DNA from: an uncultured Smithella sp.
GTDB lineage: Bacteria; Desulfobacterota; Syntrophia; Syntrophales; Smithellaceae
DNA length: 64,000 nt
Reading direction: 5' to 3'
Assembly: GCA_964469905.1 (NCBI GenBank)
Contig: CAYXZW010000002.1
Location: 34,230 to 98,229, forward strand
Under the pieces are notes generated by a model. It did not search any database. It was given only the letters and a program-made list of their open reading frames with translations, and was not told where the DNA came from. The position numbers were made by a program, and so were the translations under genes. Shown piece after piece: positions 1 through 9,861 of the stretch. Position 1 is the stretch's first letter, and every line of letters starts with the position of its first letter.

Positions 1-524
<524 letters not shown>

Positions 525-573
525 CATTAACCAATAAATATCTATTAGCACTGCCCTGAATTTAGGAATTTCC

Positions 574-1857
574 ATGCCGTACGAATTTTTTATAAGCCGT
601 CGTTATTTAAGAGCAAAACGGAAACAAGTATTTGTTTCTATTATCACTTTTATATCTATTTTCGGGATCTTTCTGGGAGTGGCAGCTTTAATTATTGTAT
701 TAGCTGTCATGAATGGCTTTGAAGAAGATCTGCGAACAAAAATTCTGGGCATCAAATCGCACATTGAATTGACCACGGACATTGCCGGACCAATGAAAGA
801 TTATGAAAAGGTTCGCCAGCGGATTGCCGACACCCAGGGAGTTGTGGCCTCCACCCCTTTCATTTACAGCCAGGCGATGATTCGTAATGGCAATGGTGTC
901 ACCGGAGTAATTATCCGGGGATTGGATACTGCAAGTGCTTTTAAAGTTATCAATCTGGGAAAAATCAAAGAAGGAAACATTGAACACTTAAACAAATTAC
1001 CGGCGGATTTGGCAAATCGTTATAAAAAGGAAGATGCCCGGGCCAGCGGTATCGTCATCGGCAAAGAAATGGCTAAAAACCTGGGAATTTTTCTTTACGA
1101 TCCGATTACTATCATCTCGCCGGTGGGAGTCTCCACACCAATGGGGATGATGCCCTTGATGAAGAAATTTATTGTCGTAGGAATTTTTGAATCCGGTTTT
1201 TATGAATATGACTCCACTCTGGCCTATTTATCATTAAAGAGCTGTCAGGATTTTTTGCAACTGGGCGATGCTGTTACCGGAATTGGCATTAAGGTCGACA
1301 ATATTTATCAGGCCGATAAAATTGCGAGGAGTATTCAAAGCAAATTGGGATTCCCCTACTGGGCACACAACTGGATGCAGATGAATAAAAATCTTTTTTC
1401 CGCATTGAAACTGGAAAAACGGGTTATGTTTATCATTTTAAGCTTAATTGTGCTTGTTGCGGCCTTTAATATTATCAGCGCGTTAATTATGATTGTCATG
1501 GAAAAAAACAAAGATATCGCCATACTGAAATCAATGGGCGCAACTTCCCGCAGCATTATGAAAATTTTTGTCTACCAGGGCCTGATTGTCGGAATAATCG
1601 GTACAGCATTAGGCTGTGCCGCGGGATTGACCATAGCACTGAATCTACAAGAAATTTCTATATTTGTGGAAAAGATGTTCCATTTCAAATTTCTCCCCGG
1701 CGATGTTTATTATTTAAGTGAATTGCCTTCTAAGGTTAATTACGGTGACGTAGTTGTTATTGTTATCGGCACACTTTTTATTTGTTTAATCTCTACAATA
1801 TATCCTTCGTATCGGGCTTCCCGGCTGGATCCTGCTGAAGCCCTGAGATACGAATAA
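574..1857 (+). CDS. lolC: Lipoprotein-releasing system permease, LolC/LolE (FtsX/MacB-type) family
   Basis: 427 aa; N-terminal TM (VFVSIITFISIFGIFLGVAALIIVLAVM), ~230-aa periplasmic domain, C-terminal 3-TM bundle, C-terminus YPSYRASRLDPAEALRYE; lolD follows after 25 nt. Confidence 0.85.
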   Translation: MPYEFFISRRYLRAKRKQVFVSIITFISIFGIFLGVAALIIVLAVMNGFEEDLRTKILGIKSHIELTTDIAGPMKDYEKVRQRIADTQGVVASTPFIYSQAMIRNGNGVTGVIIRGLDTASAFKVINLGKIKEGNIEHLNKLPADLANRYKKEDARASGIVIGKEMAKNLGIFLYDPITIISPVGVSTPMGMMPLMKKFIVVGIFESGFYEYDSTLAYLSLKSCQDFLQLGDAVTGIGIKVDNIYQADKIARSIQSKLGFPYWAHNWMQMNKNLFSALKLEKRVMFIILSLIVLVAAFNIISALIMIVMEKNKDIAILKSMGATSRSIMKIFVYQGLIVGIIGTALGCAAGLTIALNLQEISIFVEKMFHFKFLPGDVYYLSELPSKVNYGDVVVIVIGTLFICLISTIYPSYRASRLDPAEALRYE

Positions 1858-1882
1858 AATTTGCTTAAGAAATACGGGAAAA

Positions 1883-2554
1883 ATGATTAAACTGGAAAAC
1901 CTATCAAAATCATTCATTAAGGACGGCAATAAAATAGAAGTATTGCGCGGTCTGAATTATGAGATAAAAAAAGGCCAGTCGCTGGCTGTTCTTGGTGTTT
2001 CCGGTTCCGGCAAAAGCACCCTGATTCATATTTTGGGCACTTTGGATCATCCCACCGGCGGCCATCTTTTTATCAATGGCGTCAATGTTTTTGATTGGGA
2101 AGAAAAGAAAATAGCCCTGTTTCGCAATTCGACTATTGGTTTTATTTTTCAATTCAACAACTTACTGCCGGAATTCGATGCCCTGGAAAACACCATGATG
2201 CCTGCTTTAATTGCCGGAATGAATAAAAAGGAAGCTCGCGGGAGGGCTCTCCAATTGCTCACCGAAGTTGGACTGGAACATAGAATAGGCCATAAACCGG
2301 GAGAGTTGTCCGGTGGAGAGCAGCAGCGGGTGGCCATCGCGAGGTCATTAGTGATGGAACCGGAAATATTGCTGGCCGATGAACCGACGGGAGACCTTGA
2401 CACGGAAACAGGAAAAAAGATAGAAGACATACTGATAAAATTAAATGAGACAAAAAAAATTACTCTGGTGGTTGTGACTCATAATACATTACTGGCAGAA
2501 AGGATGTCAGGCAGCATCGGACTGCGTGACGGAAAAATTTATGACTATAAATAG
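1883..2554 (+). CDS. lolD: Lipoprotein-releasing system ATP-binding protein LolD
   Basis: Walker A GVSGSGKST, ABC signature LSGGEQQRVAIARSL, Walker B ILLADEPTGDLD, H-loop VVTHN; adjacent to LolC/E permease. Confidence 0.9.
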   Translation: MIKLENLSKSFIKDGNKIEVLRGLNYEIKKGQSLAVLGVSGSGKSTLIHILGTLDHPTGGHLFINGVNVFDWEEKKIALFRNSTIGFIFQFNNLLPEFDALENTMMPALIAGMNKKEARGRALQLLTEVGLEHRIGHKPGELSGGEQQRVAIARSLVMEPEILLADEPTGDLDTETGKKIEDILIKLNETKKITLVVVTHNTLLAERMSGSIGLRDGKIYDYK

Positions 2555-5234
2555 AAAAATATACAGAACATGTCTGGCTTGTCTTTTACTGACAATTTTT
2601 TTAGTTACCCCTGTATCCGCACAGGAAATAAAAAAAATTGCATTAATGCCTTTTGAAATCTACAGCAAAAGCGACAACGCAACTATAAGAAAGGCCCTAT
2701 TTCAAAAATTAACCGAAGAACTTAAAAAAGAAAAACTGGTTCAAGTGCTGCCCACAGATGAACTGCTTGATGTTAACGAAAAATTAACTGAAAAAAAAGC
2801 AATCGCTACCGGAAAATCGCTCGGCGCCGATTTTATCATTATGGGAAGCATGACTCAATTCGGTGAAGCCATCAGTATTGATGCCAAAATAATAAATGTC
2901 CACACGGCAACCGTTTTACCATCTGCTTCCGTTCAAGAAAAAGGATTATCCGATATTGTACCAATAGCAACTAAACTAAAAACAGAAATTCTTACCCGCA
3001 CCGGGTTAATTTCCAAAATAGCCAAAATTGAAATCAAGGGAAATCGTAAAATCGAATCTACGGTAATCATCCCGCAAATCAAGAACCAAGCAGGCAAGCC
3101 TTTTGTTGAAGCTGACATTACTGCCGATATCAAAACAATTTTTAAAATGGGTTTTTTCCAGGATGTATCAGCGGAAGTAACAGAAATTCCTGAGGGAAAA
3201 GTCATTACCTTTATTGTGCTGGAAAAGGGATTGATATCGGAAATTAGGATTACCGGCAATAAAGCTCTGGATAAAGATGCGATTGACAACGCTTTAACCA
3301 TTAAGACTAGACAGACCCTGAATCAGGAAAAAATTAAAAAAGACCTGGAAAAAATTAAAGCTCTGTATGTCAGCAAGGGATACTATAATGCCGATATTAT
3401 CGACCGAGTGGAAAAAGACGGAGAAAAGGATTTCCGGATAATTATTACCATCAAAGAAAACGAGCGGCTTTATATTCGATCTATTAACTTTGAAGGCAAT
3501 GAAGCCTACACGGCCAAAGAACTTAAAAACATGATGAGCACTAATGAATATGGTCTCTTTCACTTTATCACTGATTCCGGATTACTCAAGCACGATCAGC
3601 TGAAACAAGATGTAAGCAAACTAAATACCTATTACTACAATAATGGTTTTATCAATGCCCAGATCGGCGAACCGGAAATAACCCATGATAAAAAAGGGAT
3701 CTATGTAAAGATCATAATTAAGGAAGGAAAGCGATATAAAATTGGAAAAGTGGATATCTCCGGTGATTTACCAGAAAAACCCCGCGCGGAAATACTGAAA
3801 TCATTAATTACTAAGGAAGGCAACAATTATGATCGTGAAGCGATTGTTAAGGACCTGGATACAATCGCTCAATTCTATACCAGTGAAGGGTATGCCGATA
3901 CCGATGTTAATCCTGCAATTAACACTCGAGAGAAAGAGCAATTGGCCGACGTGGATTTCACCGTCAACAAAGGTGGATTAGTCTATTTCAACCGCATCAG
4001 CATCACGGGAAATACAAACACCCGGGATAAAGTTATCCGCCGTCAACTGGAAATAATTGAAAGAGATATTTATTCGAGCAGCAAATTAAAAACAAGCTAT
4101 AGTAATTTGAACCGGTTGCGCTATTTTGAAGAGATAGATTTCAAGACCGAAAAGGGCCCGGATAAAAGCCAGATGGATGTCAATATCCGGGTAAAAGAAA
4201 AAAATACCGGTATGTTCATGATTGGCGCGGGTTATAGTGCTACTGATAAGGCTGTTGTCATGGCGCAGGTCACCCAGCAAAATTTTCTGGGCAGGGGCCA
4301 GATTTTAAGCCTGAAAGCATCTTTAGGTTCAACGACCAACATGTATGAATTATCATTTACCGAACCCTGGCTCTTTGATCTGCCCCTTTGGTTCAAAAAC
4401 GATGTATGGAAATATAAAAGAGATTATGATTCTTATACCTGGGACTCACGCGGAATAGGATTTACTCTCGCCTATCCGCTTTGGGAAAAAATCAGCGGTT
4501 CGATAGGTTACAGGATTTCTTTTGATGAAATTCAGGGAGTTAATTATGCCACCGCTCCCTGGTACATTAAAGGACAGACCGGTCCAAAAACAACTGATCC
4601 TATTGTAAATCCGCCGGGATCATCGACTGCCAGCTCTGTAACCCTGGGTTTAGGACGTGATACCACGGATGACAACATATTCCCTTCCAAGGGAACAAGA
4701 TCAAATATTTTTGTTCAACAAGCCGGAGGATATTTGGGCGGGGAAAGCAACTATACGAAATCGGGATTGAATTTAGCCACTTTTTACTCACTGCCCTTGA
4801 ATGTGGTCCTTGCCGCTAAAGGGCGAATTGCCTATATCGAAGGCCATAACAAAGATAAGCAGTTTCCCTATGATGTCCCCATTTTTGAAAGATACGTCCT
4901 GGGTGGATTAAATACCCTCCGCGGCTTGCAGTATCTGGGCATTGAAAGATCCGGAACCGGCGATGCCCTGGGTGGCAACAGCATGCTAGTCGCCAATCTG
5001 GAACTTGTCTTTCCTTTTATTACCAGCGCCGGCATGAAAGGGGTTGTTTTCTACGACACCGGAAACACATGGAATGGCGGATACCGCATCGATGATTTAA
5101 GGCAGACTGCGGGCGCCGGCATCCGCTGGTATTCACCTATCGGCCCACTGAGGCTGGAATACGGATACGTCCTTGACCGGAAGGAAGGCGAATCAGCCGG
5201 TCGCTGGGAATTTGCCATAGGAATGATGATGTAA
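2541..5234 (+). CDS. bamA: Outer membrane protein assembly factor BamA (Omp85 family) with an extra N-terminal module
   Basis: Signal peptide ending VTPVSA/QE. Repeated POTRA-like segments (IAKIEIKGNRKIESTVI, ISEIRITGNKALDKDAI, IRSINFEGNEAYTAKEL, FNRISITGNTNTRDKVIRRQL). C-terminal Omp85 barrel (GAGIRWYSPIGPLRLEYGY). ATG at 2541 preferred over the listed GTG at 2526. Canonical bamA-skp-lpxD order. Confidence 0.9.
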   Translation: MTINRKIYRTCLACLLLTIFLVTPVSAQEIKKIALMPFEIYSKSDNATIRKALFQKLTEELKKEKLVQVLPTDELLDVNEKLTEKKAIATGKSLGADFIIMGSMTQFGEAISIDAKIINVHTATVLPSASVQEKGLSDIVPIATKLKTEILTRTGLISKIAKIEIKGNRKIESTVIIPQIKNQAGKPFVEADITADIKTIFKMGFFQDVSAEVTEIPEGKVITFIVLEKGLISEIRITGNKALDKDAIDNALTIKTRQTLNQEKIKKDLEKIKALYVSKGYYNADIIDRVEKDGEKDFRIIITIKENERLYIRSINFEGNEAYTAKELKNMMSTNEYGLFHFITDSGLLKHDQLKQDVSKLNTYYYNNGFINAQIGEPEITHDKKGIYVKIIIKEGKRYKIGKVDISGDLPEKPRAEILKSLITKEGNNYDREAIVKDLDTIAQFYTSEGYADTDVNPAINTREKEQLADVDFTVNKGGLVYFNRISITGNTNTRDKVIRRQLEIIERDIYSSSKLKTSYSNLNRLRYFEEIDFKTEKGPDKSQMDVNIRVKEKNTGMFMIGAGYSATDKAVVMAQVTQQNFLGRGQILSLKASLGSTTNMYELSFTEPWLFDLPLWFKNDVWKYKRDYDSYTWDSRGIGFTLAYPLWEKISGSIGYRISFDEIQGVNYATAPWYIKGQTGPKTTDPIVNPPGSSTASSVTLGLGRDTTDDNIFPSKGTRSNIFVQQAGGYLGGESNYTKSGLNLATFYSLPLNVVLAAKGRIAYIEGHNKDKQFPYDVPIFERYVLGGLNTLRGLQYLGIERSGTGDALGGNSMLVANLELVFPFITSAGMKGVVFYDTGNTWNGGYRIDDLRQTAGAGIRWYSPIGPLRLEYGYVLDRKEGESAGRWEFAIGMMM

Positions 5235-5303
5235 AGATTGCAATTAGAATACAAGGATTAGCCTTGATCGATATTATAACAAACGAATGAAGGAGAATTT
5301 TAT

Positions 5304-5855
5304 ATGAATAACCTAAAAGTCACGCGAAAAAATGTTCATCTGATTGCAGGATTTGTCTTGATGTTTTTCATCTTCACAGGTTCTAATGTTTTTGCCGCCG
5401 AAAAAATTGGCTTTTTTAATTTGCGGGAAGTAATGCAGCATTCCAACAGCGGCAAAAAAGCCGGGGAAGAATTCAAGAAGCTCTATGATAAAAAAACTGA
5501 AGCTATCAAAGCAGCAGAAAACGAGCTCAAAAAGATGAAGGACGCCCTGGATAAGCAAGCCGCCCTGTTAACAAAAACCGCCAACAAGGAAAAAGAAACT
5601 GCCTTTCAAAAGAAAACGCGTGATTATCAAATATTAGTTGATGACACGAATAAAGAACTGAAAGCAAGAGATGAAGAAATCGCCACCAAGCTCATTCCCG
5701 AAATAATTAATATTGTTCGAACAATAGCAGAAAGGGAAAAATACACTCTGGTTATAGATACTGCCAGTATGCCTGTTGCCTACTTTGCCAAGGATCATGA
5801 CTTCAGCAAGAAAGTAATAGACGAATACAATAAGATGACCGCGAACAAAAAATAG
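5304..5855 (+). CDS. skp: Periplasmic chaperone Skp/OmpH
   Basis: 183 aa; N-terminal signal/anchor, K/E-rich coiled-coil body typical of OmpH; lies between bamA and lpxD; AGGAG 8 nt upstream of the ATG. Confidence 0.8.
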   Translation: MNNLKVTRKNVHLIAGFVLMFFIFTGSNVFAAEKIGFFNLREVMQHSNSGKKAGEEFKKLYDKKTEAIKAAENELKKMKDALDKQAALLTKTANKEKETAFQKKTRDYQILVDDTNKELKARDEEIATKLIPEIINIVRTIAEREKYTLVIDTASMPVAYFAKDHDFSKKVIDEYNKMTANKK

Positions 5856-5864
5856 GAGACCCCG

Positions 5865-6896
5865 GTGCAGATAACTCTCAAGGAAATCGCACTGTTTCTG
5901 GGTGGTAAAATTATTGGCAATGAAGATGTTATCGTTGAAAATATCCGCCCGATCGAAGAAGCCGGTGAGCACGATATAACCTTTATTGCCAATGTGAAGT
6001 ATTTAAAGCAATTAAAAACCACTGCAGCATCGGCAATCATCGCAGCTCCCGGGACAGCGGCCGAAGGAAAAAACCTGGTCATTGTGCCCGATCCTTATGC
6101 TGCTTTCGGACGTTTGCTGAGTATTTTTTACCCGGCAGAACATAGTTATCAAGGCGTAAGCCCGGACGCCTTTATCGAGGAAGGCGCCAGTGTTTCACCG
6201 GAAGCGACAGTGTTTCCCCACGCTTATATTAGCAAAGGAGCGCAAGTTGAAAACGGAGCCGTGATATATCCTGGTGTTTTCATCGGCAGCAATGCTTCGA
6301 TTGGCGAAAACTCTATCCTTTATGCCAATGTTACTGTTTATTGGGGATGTATAATCGGTAAACGGGTCATTTTACACTCGGGAGTGGTTGTGGGTAGCGA
6401 TGGCTTTGGCTTCGCCGCTCCGGGCAAAGGCAACAACAAAATTCCCCAGGTGGGTTTCGTACAGATTGATGACGACGTGGAGATTGGCGCCAATTCAACG
6501 ATAGACCGGGCTACACTGGGAAAAACCTGGATTGGGCGTAATGTGAAAATTGATAACCTTGTGCAAATCGCTCATAATGTTGTCATCGGCGAAAATTCAG
6601 TTATTACGGCGCAGGTTGGTATATCGGGGAGTACAAAACTGGGAAAAAGTGTGATTATCGGCGGCCAGTCGGGGATAGTCGGCCATATCAAAATTGGCGA
6701 TAACGTTATGATCGCGGCCGGATCCGGCATCCATAAGGAAATTGAATCCGGGCAAATCATTGCCGGCTCTCCGCAATTACCTTACCGCCAGTGGCTGAAG
6801 GTTGAAGCCTGCCGGGCAAAACTCCCGGAAATGAAGAAAACTATAGAAGAACTAAAAAGAAAAATAGAGATACTTCAAGAACAAATAAATAAGTAA
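5865..6896 (+). CDS. lpxD: UDP-3-O-acylglucosamine N-acyltransferase LpxD
   Basis: 343 aa; N-terminal uridine-binding region ([16 protein letters not shown]), long left-handed beta-helix hexapeptide repeats ([34 protein letters not shown]), C-terminal helix; GTG start. Confidence 0.9.
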   Translation: MQITLKEIALFLGGKIIGNEDVIVENIRPIEEAGEHDITFIANVKYLKQLKTTAASAIIAAPGTAAEGKNLVIVPDPYAAFGRLLSIFYPAEHSYQGVSPDAFIEEGASVSPEATVFPHAYISKGAQVENGAVIYPGVFIGSNASIGENSILYANVTVYWGCIIGKRVILHSGVVVGSDGFGFAAPGKGNNKIPQVGFVQIDDDVEIGANSTIDRATLGKTWIGRNVKIDNLVQIAHNVVIGENSVITAQVGISGSTKLGKSVIIGGQSGIVGHIKIGDNVMIAAGSGIHKEIESGQIIAGSPQLPYRQWLKVEACRAKLPEMKKTIEELKRKIEILQEQINK

Positions 6897-6915
6897 ATAA
6901 ATAAAGGTTAAGAAA

Positions 6916-7689
6916 ATGAATATTCATCCCACAGCAATTATTTCTCCCGATGCCCAACTGGGAGAAGGCGTAAAAATTGGTGCTTACTCCATAATTGGCG
7001 CAGATGTGAAAATCGGTAACAACACAATTATTGGGCCGCATGTCGTAATCGATGATTTCACCCATATTGGCGAAGGCTGTCATATTTTCCAATTTGCTTC
7101 CATTGGTGCCGGACCTCAGGATCTAAAATTCAGCGGCGAAAAAACCCGTGTCGTGATCGGCAATTTCAACACCATTCGAGAATTTGTGACTATTCACCGC
7201 TCGACTACGGCAGATATCGGCGTAACCATTATTGGCGATCACAACCTGATCATGGCCTACTGCCATGTGGCCCACAACTGCAAGCTGGGAAATAATATTA
7301 TTATGTCCAACGGCGCAACATTGGGCGGTCATACACATATTGAAGACTATGCCATCATCGGCGGACTTACCGGTGTCCATCAATTTTCCCAGATTGGAGC
7401 TCACTGTATTGTGGGCGGAGCATCAGGAGTAAATAAAGATGTGCCCCCCTACACCACAGCTGCCGGCAACCATGCCAAACTGTTCGGCTTGAATTTAATC
7501 GGCCTGAAAAGACGGGGTTTTTCCGAAGAAACTATCAAAGCGCTGAAAAAAGCGTATCGGATAATATTCCGTTCTCGCCTTCTTTTGAATGATGCGATAA
7601 AGAAAGCGGAAACAGAAATAGAAGGTTTTCCGGAAGTAAAACATTTCATTAAATTCATTAAGGAATCGAAAAGAGGCGTTTGCCGCTGA
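6916..7689 (+). CDS. lpxA: Acyl-ACP--UDP-N-acetylglucosamine O-acyltransferase LpxA
   Basis: 257 aa; [22 protein letters not shown] hexapeptide start, catalytic-His region [25 protein letters not shown]-terminal helical domain ([13 protein letters not shown]). Confidence 0.9.
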   Translation: MNIHPTAIISPDAQLGEGVKIGAYSIIGADVKIGNNTIIGPHVVIDDFTHIGEGCHIFQFASIGAGPQDLKFSGEKTRVVIGNFNTIREFVTIHRSTTADIGVTIIGDHNLIMAYCHVAHNCKLGNNIIMSNGATLGGHTHIEDYAIIGGLTGVHQFSQIGAHCIVGGASGVNKDVPPYTTAAGNHAKLFGLNLIGLKRRGFSEETIKALKKAYRIIFRSRLLLNDAIKKAETEIEGFPEVKHFIKFIKESKRGVCR

Positions 7690-7699
7690 CACTGGAATT

Positions 7700-8647
7700 A
7701 TGAATAGACAAAAAATAAAAATTGGCGTTGTGGGGATCGGTCATCTCGGCAATTATCATCTCCAGAAATATGCTAAACTGGAAAATTGTAAAATTGTCGC
7801 TGTTGCCGACACTATGATCGAACGATCCCAAAAAGTTGCGGATATTTATTCCTGTGCCGCTTTTGCCGACCATCGGGATATGATCGGCCTGGTAGATGCT
7901 GTAAGCATCGCCGTTCCGACGGGAGAACATCATCGTGTGGCCCGGGATTTTCTGGCCGCCGGAGTCGATGTCCTGATTGAAAAGCCCCTTTGCTCCACTC
8001 TGGAAGAGGCCGATGAATTATTGGCACTGGCGCAGGTAAAAAACCTGATTCTCCAAGTTGGATTTGTGGAAAGATTTAATCCGGCGATTATGGCACTGGA
8101 AAATGTCATAGAAAAGCCTATGTTCATTGAATCTCATCGCCTGCATCCCTTTTTTGAACGCGGCACCGATGTTGATGTCATTCTGGATCTGATGATTCAC
8201 GATCTCGACATCATTCTGAAATTTGTCGCCTCCCCTCTTACCTCTGTGGAAGCGGTCGGCATTCCCGTGCTGTCGAGTAAAATTGATATTGCCAATGTGC
8301 GTCTGTCTTTTGCTTCCGGCTGTGTGGCCAACATTACAGCCAGCCGGATCAGCGCGAAAACAATGCAGAAAATCCGCTTCTTCGGCCCTGAGGGATATCA
8401 CTCCGTTGATTGCCAGAAACGCGAAATACTGTCTCTGGGAAAAAGAAGAAATAATGCCGGTGGGGTGGAAATTTATCAAAACAATATCGAAATAGGCAGC
8501 CATGATCCCCTCGAGGAAGAAATTCGCTCATATCTTAATGTTGTGATTTCTCGCACTCGCCCCCTTGTCTCCGGTGATGATGCCCGCAAATCGTTGGATC
8601 TGGCCATTGATATAATTCGAAAAATGAAAACTGCAGAGGTAATTTAA
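7700..8647 (+). CDS. gnnA: Gfo/Idh/MocA NAD-dependent oxidoreductase; GnnA-like candidate UDP-GlcNAc 3-dehydrogenase
   Basis: 315 aa; Rossmann start IGVVGIGHLGNYH, EKP motif (VLIEKPL); 10 nt after lpxA and 1 nt before a DegT aminotransferase, upstream of lpxB. Function inferred from context. Confidence 0.6.
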   Translation: MNRQKIKIGVVGIGHLGNYHLQKYAKLENCKIVAVADTMIERSQKVADIYSCAAFADHRDMIGLVDAVSIAVPTGEHHRVARDFLAAGVDVLIEKPLCSTLEEADELLALAQVKNLILQVGFVERFNPAIMALENVIEKPMFIESHRLHPFFERGTDVDVILDLMIHDLDIILKFVASPLTSVEAVGIPVLSSKIDIANVRLSFASGCVANITASRISAKTMQKIRFFGPEGYHSVDCQKREILSLGKRRNNAGGVEIYQNNIEIGSHDPLEEEIRSYLNVVISRTRPLVSGDDARKSLDLAIDIIRKMKTAEVI

Positions 8648-8648
8648 C

Positions 8649-9773
8649 ATGACGATCCCGATGGTGGATTTAAAAAGGCAGTACCGTGCTCTAAAAGCAG
8701 AGATTGATGCGGCCGTTATGGATGTACTGGATCAGACCCAATTCATTCTCGGCCCGAATGTAAACCTTTTGGAGACGGAAGTCGCCGCCTATCACCGGTT
8801 ACCCCATGCCATCGGTGTCGCCAACGGCACGGATGCTTTGCTTTTAGCGCTCAGAGCCTGCGGTATCAAGAGAGGCGACGAGGTAATTACCACTCCCTTC
8901 ACTTTCATTGCCACAGCGGAAGTTATCGCGCAATTGGGCGCCACTCCCGTTTTTGTCGACATTTGCCCCAATACTTTCAACATTGATCCCGCCCTTATTG
9001 AAGAAAAGATAACCGCAAAAACAAAAGCAATTATTCCGGTCCATTTATTTGGTCATCCGGCTGATATGGACCCGATAATGCAAATAGCGGCAAAATATAA
9101 TCTCCGGGTAATTGAAGATTGCGCCCAGGCCTTCGGTTCTAAATATAAGGGAAAATCAGCCGGCACCATCGGCGATATTGGCTGTTTTAGTTTTTTCCCC
9201 AGCAAAAATTTAGGCGGCTACGGCGACGGCGGCATGGTCATCACCAAAAGCGAGGAAATGGCGCAACAAATAAAAATGCTGCGCAATCATGGCAGTTCCG
9301 TACGCTATCATCATTCGGAAATCGGCTACAACAGTCGTCTCGATGAAATTCAAGCCGCCATCATCCGTGTAAAATTAAGACATATCGATGAGTTCAATAA
9401 TGCCCGCCGTAAAAACGCCGCCGCCTATTGCGCTGTCCTGAACAAAAAAGATATTATTCTGCCAACAGTGACTGAAGACAGCGAACATGTTTTCCACCAG
9501 TTCACAATCCGTTCGTCCCAGCGCGATGTCATTGCCAATGCCCTGACAGGAAATAATATAGCTTCTGCCGTTTATTATCCGGTGCCTCTGCATCAGCAGG
9601 AAGTTTTTCTTAAATTATACAACAGTGCAATAAATTTGCCGGTCAGCGAACAGTGCGCAAAAGAGGTCCTTTCTCTACCAATGTTTCCGGAATTAACTGG
9701 TAGTGAAATACAGTTGATTGCCGATGTAATTAAGCCGTTGTTCAATAATAACTGTAACATTGTAATATCGTAA
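8649..9773 (+). CDS. gnnB: DegT/DnrJ/EryC1-family PLP aminotransferase; GnnB-like candidate UDP-3-oxo-GlcNAc transaminase
   Basis: 374 aa; motifs GVANGTDALLLAL, VITTPFTFIATA, VIEDCAQAFG, PLP-lysine region FSFFPSKNLGGYGDGG; coupled to the upstream oxidoreductase inside the lpx cluster. Confidence 0.6.
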   Translation: MTIPMVDLKRQYRALKAEIDAAVMDVLDQTQFILGPNVNLLETEVAAYHRLPHAIGVANGTDALLLALRACGIKRGDEVITTPFTFIATAEVIAQLGATPVFVDICPNTFNIDPALIEEKITAKTKAIIPVHLFGHPADMDPIMQIAAKYNLRVIEDCAQAFGSKYKGKSAGTIGDIGCFSFFPSKNLGGYGDGGMVITKSEEMAQQIKMLRNHGSSVRYHHSEIGYNSRLDEIQAAIIRVKLRHIDEFNNARRKNAAAYCAVLNKKDIILPTVTEDSEHVFHQFTIRSSQRDVIANALTGNNIASAVYYPVPLHQQEVFLKLYNSAINLPVSEQCAKEVLSLPMFPELTGSEIQLIADVIKPLFNNNCNIVIS

Positions 9774-9861
9774 CCGGCATAAGGGGCCGTAATGAAATGG
9801 TTAAAAAATGTAATGTTTATTTGGCAACGGCCCCTAACTCTACCTGTTAAAGAAAAATCCC

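Noticed and set aside
574-2554. A single LolC/E-type permease gene before lolD, instead of the lolC-lolD-lolE trio
   Set aside because: A single-permease (LolF-type) arrangement is common outside Enterobacteria, and a second permease gene could lie elsewhere. It is not unusual enough to flag.
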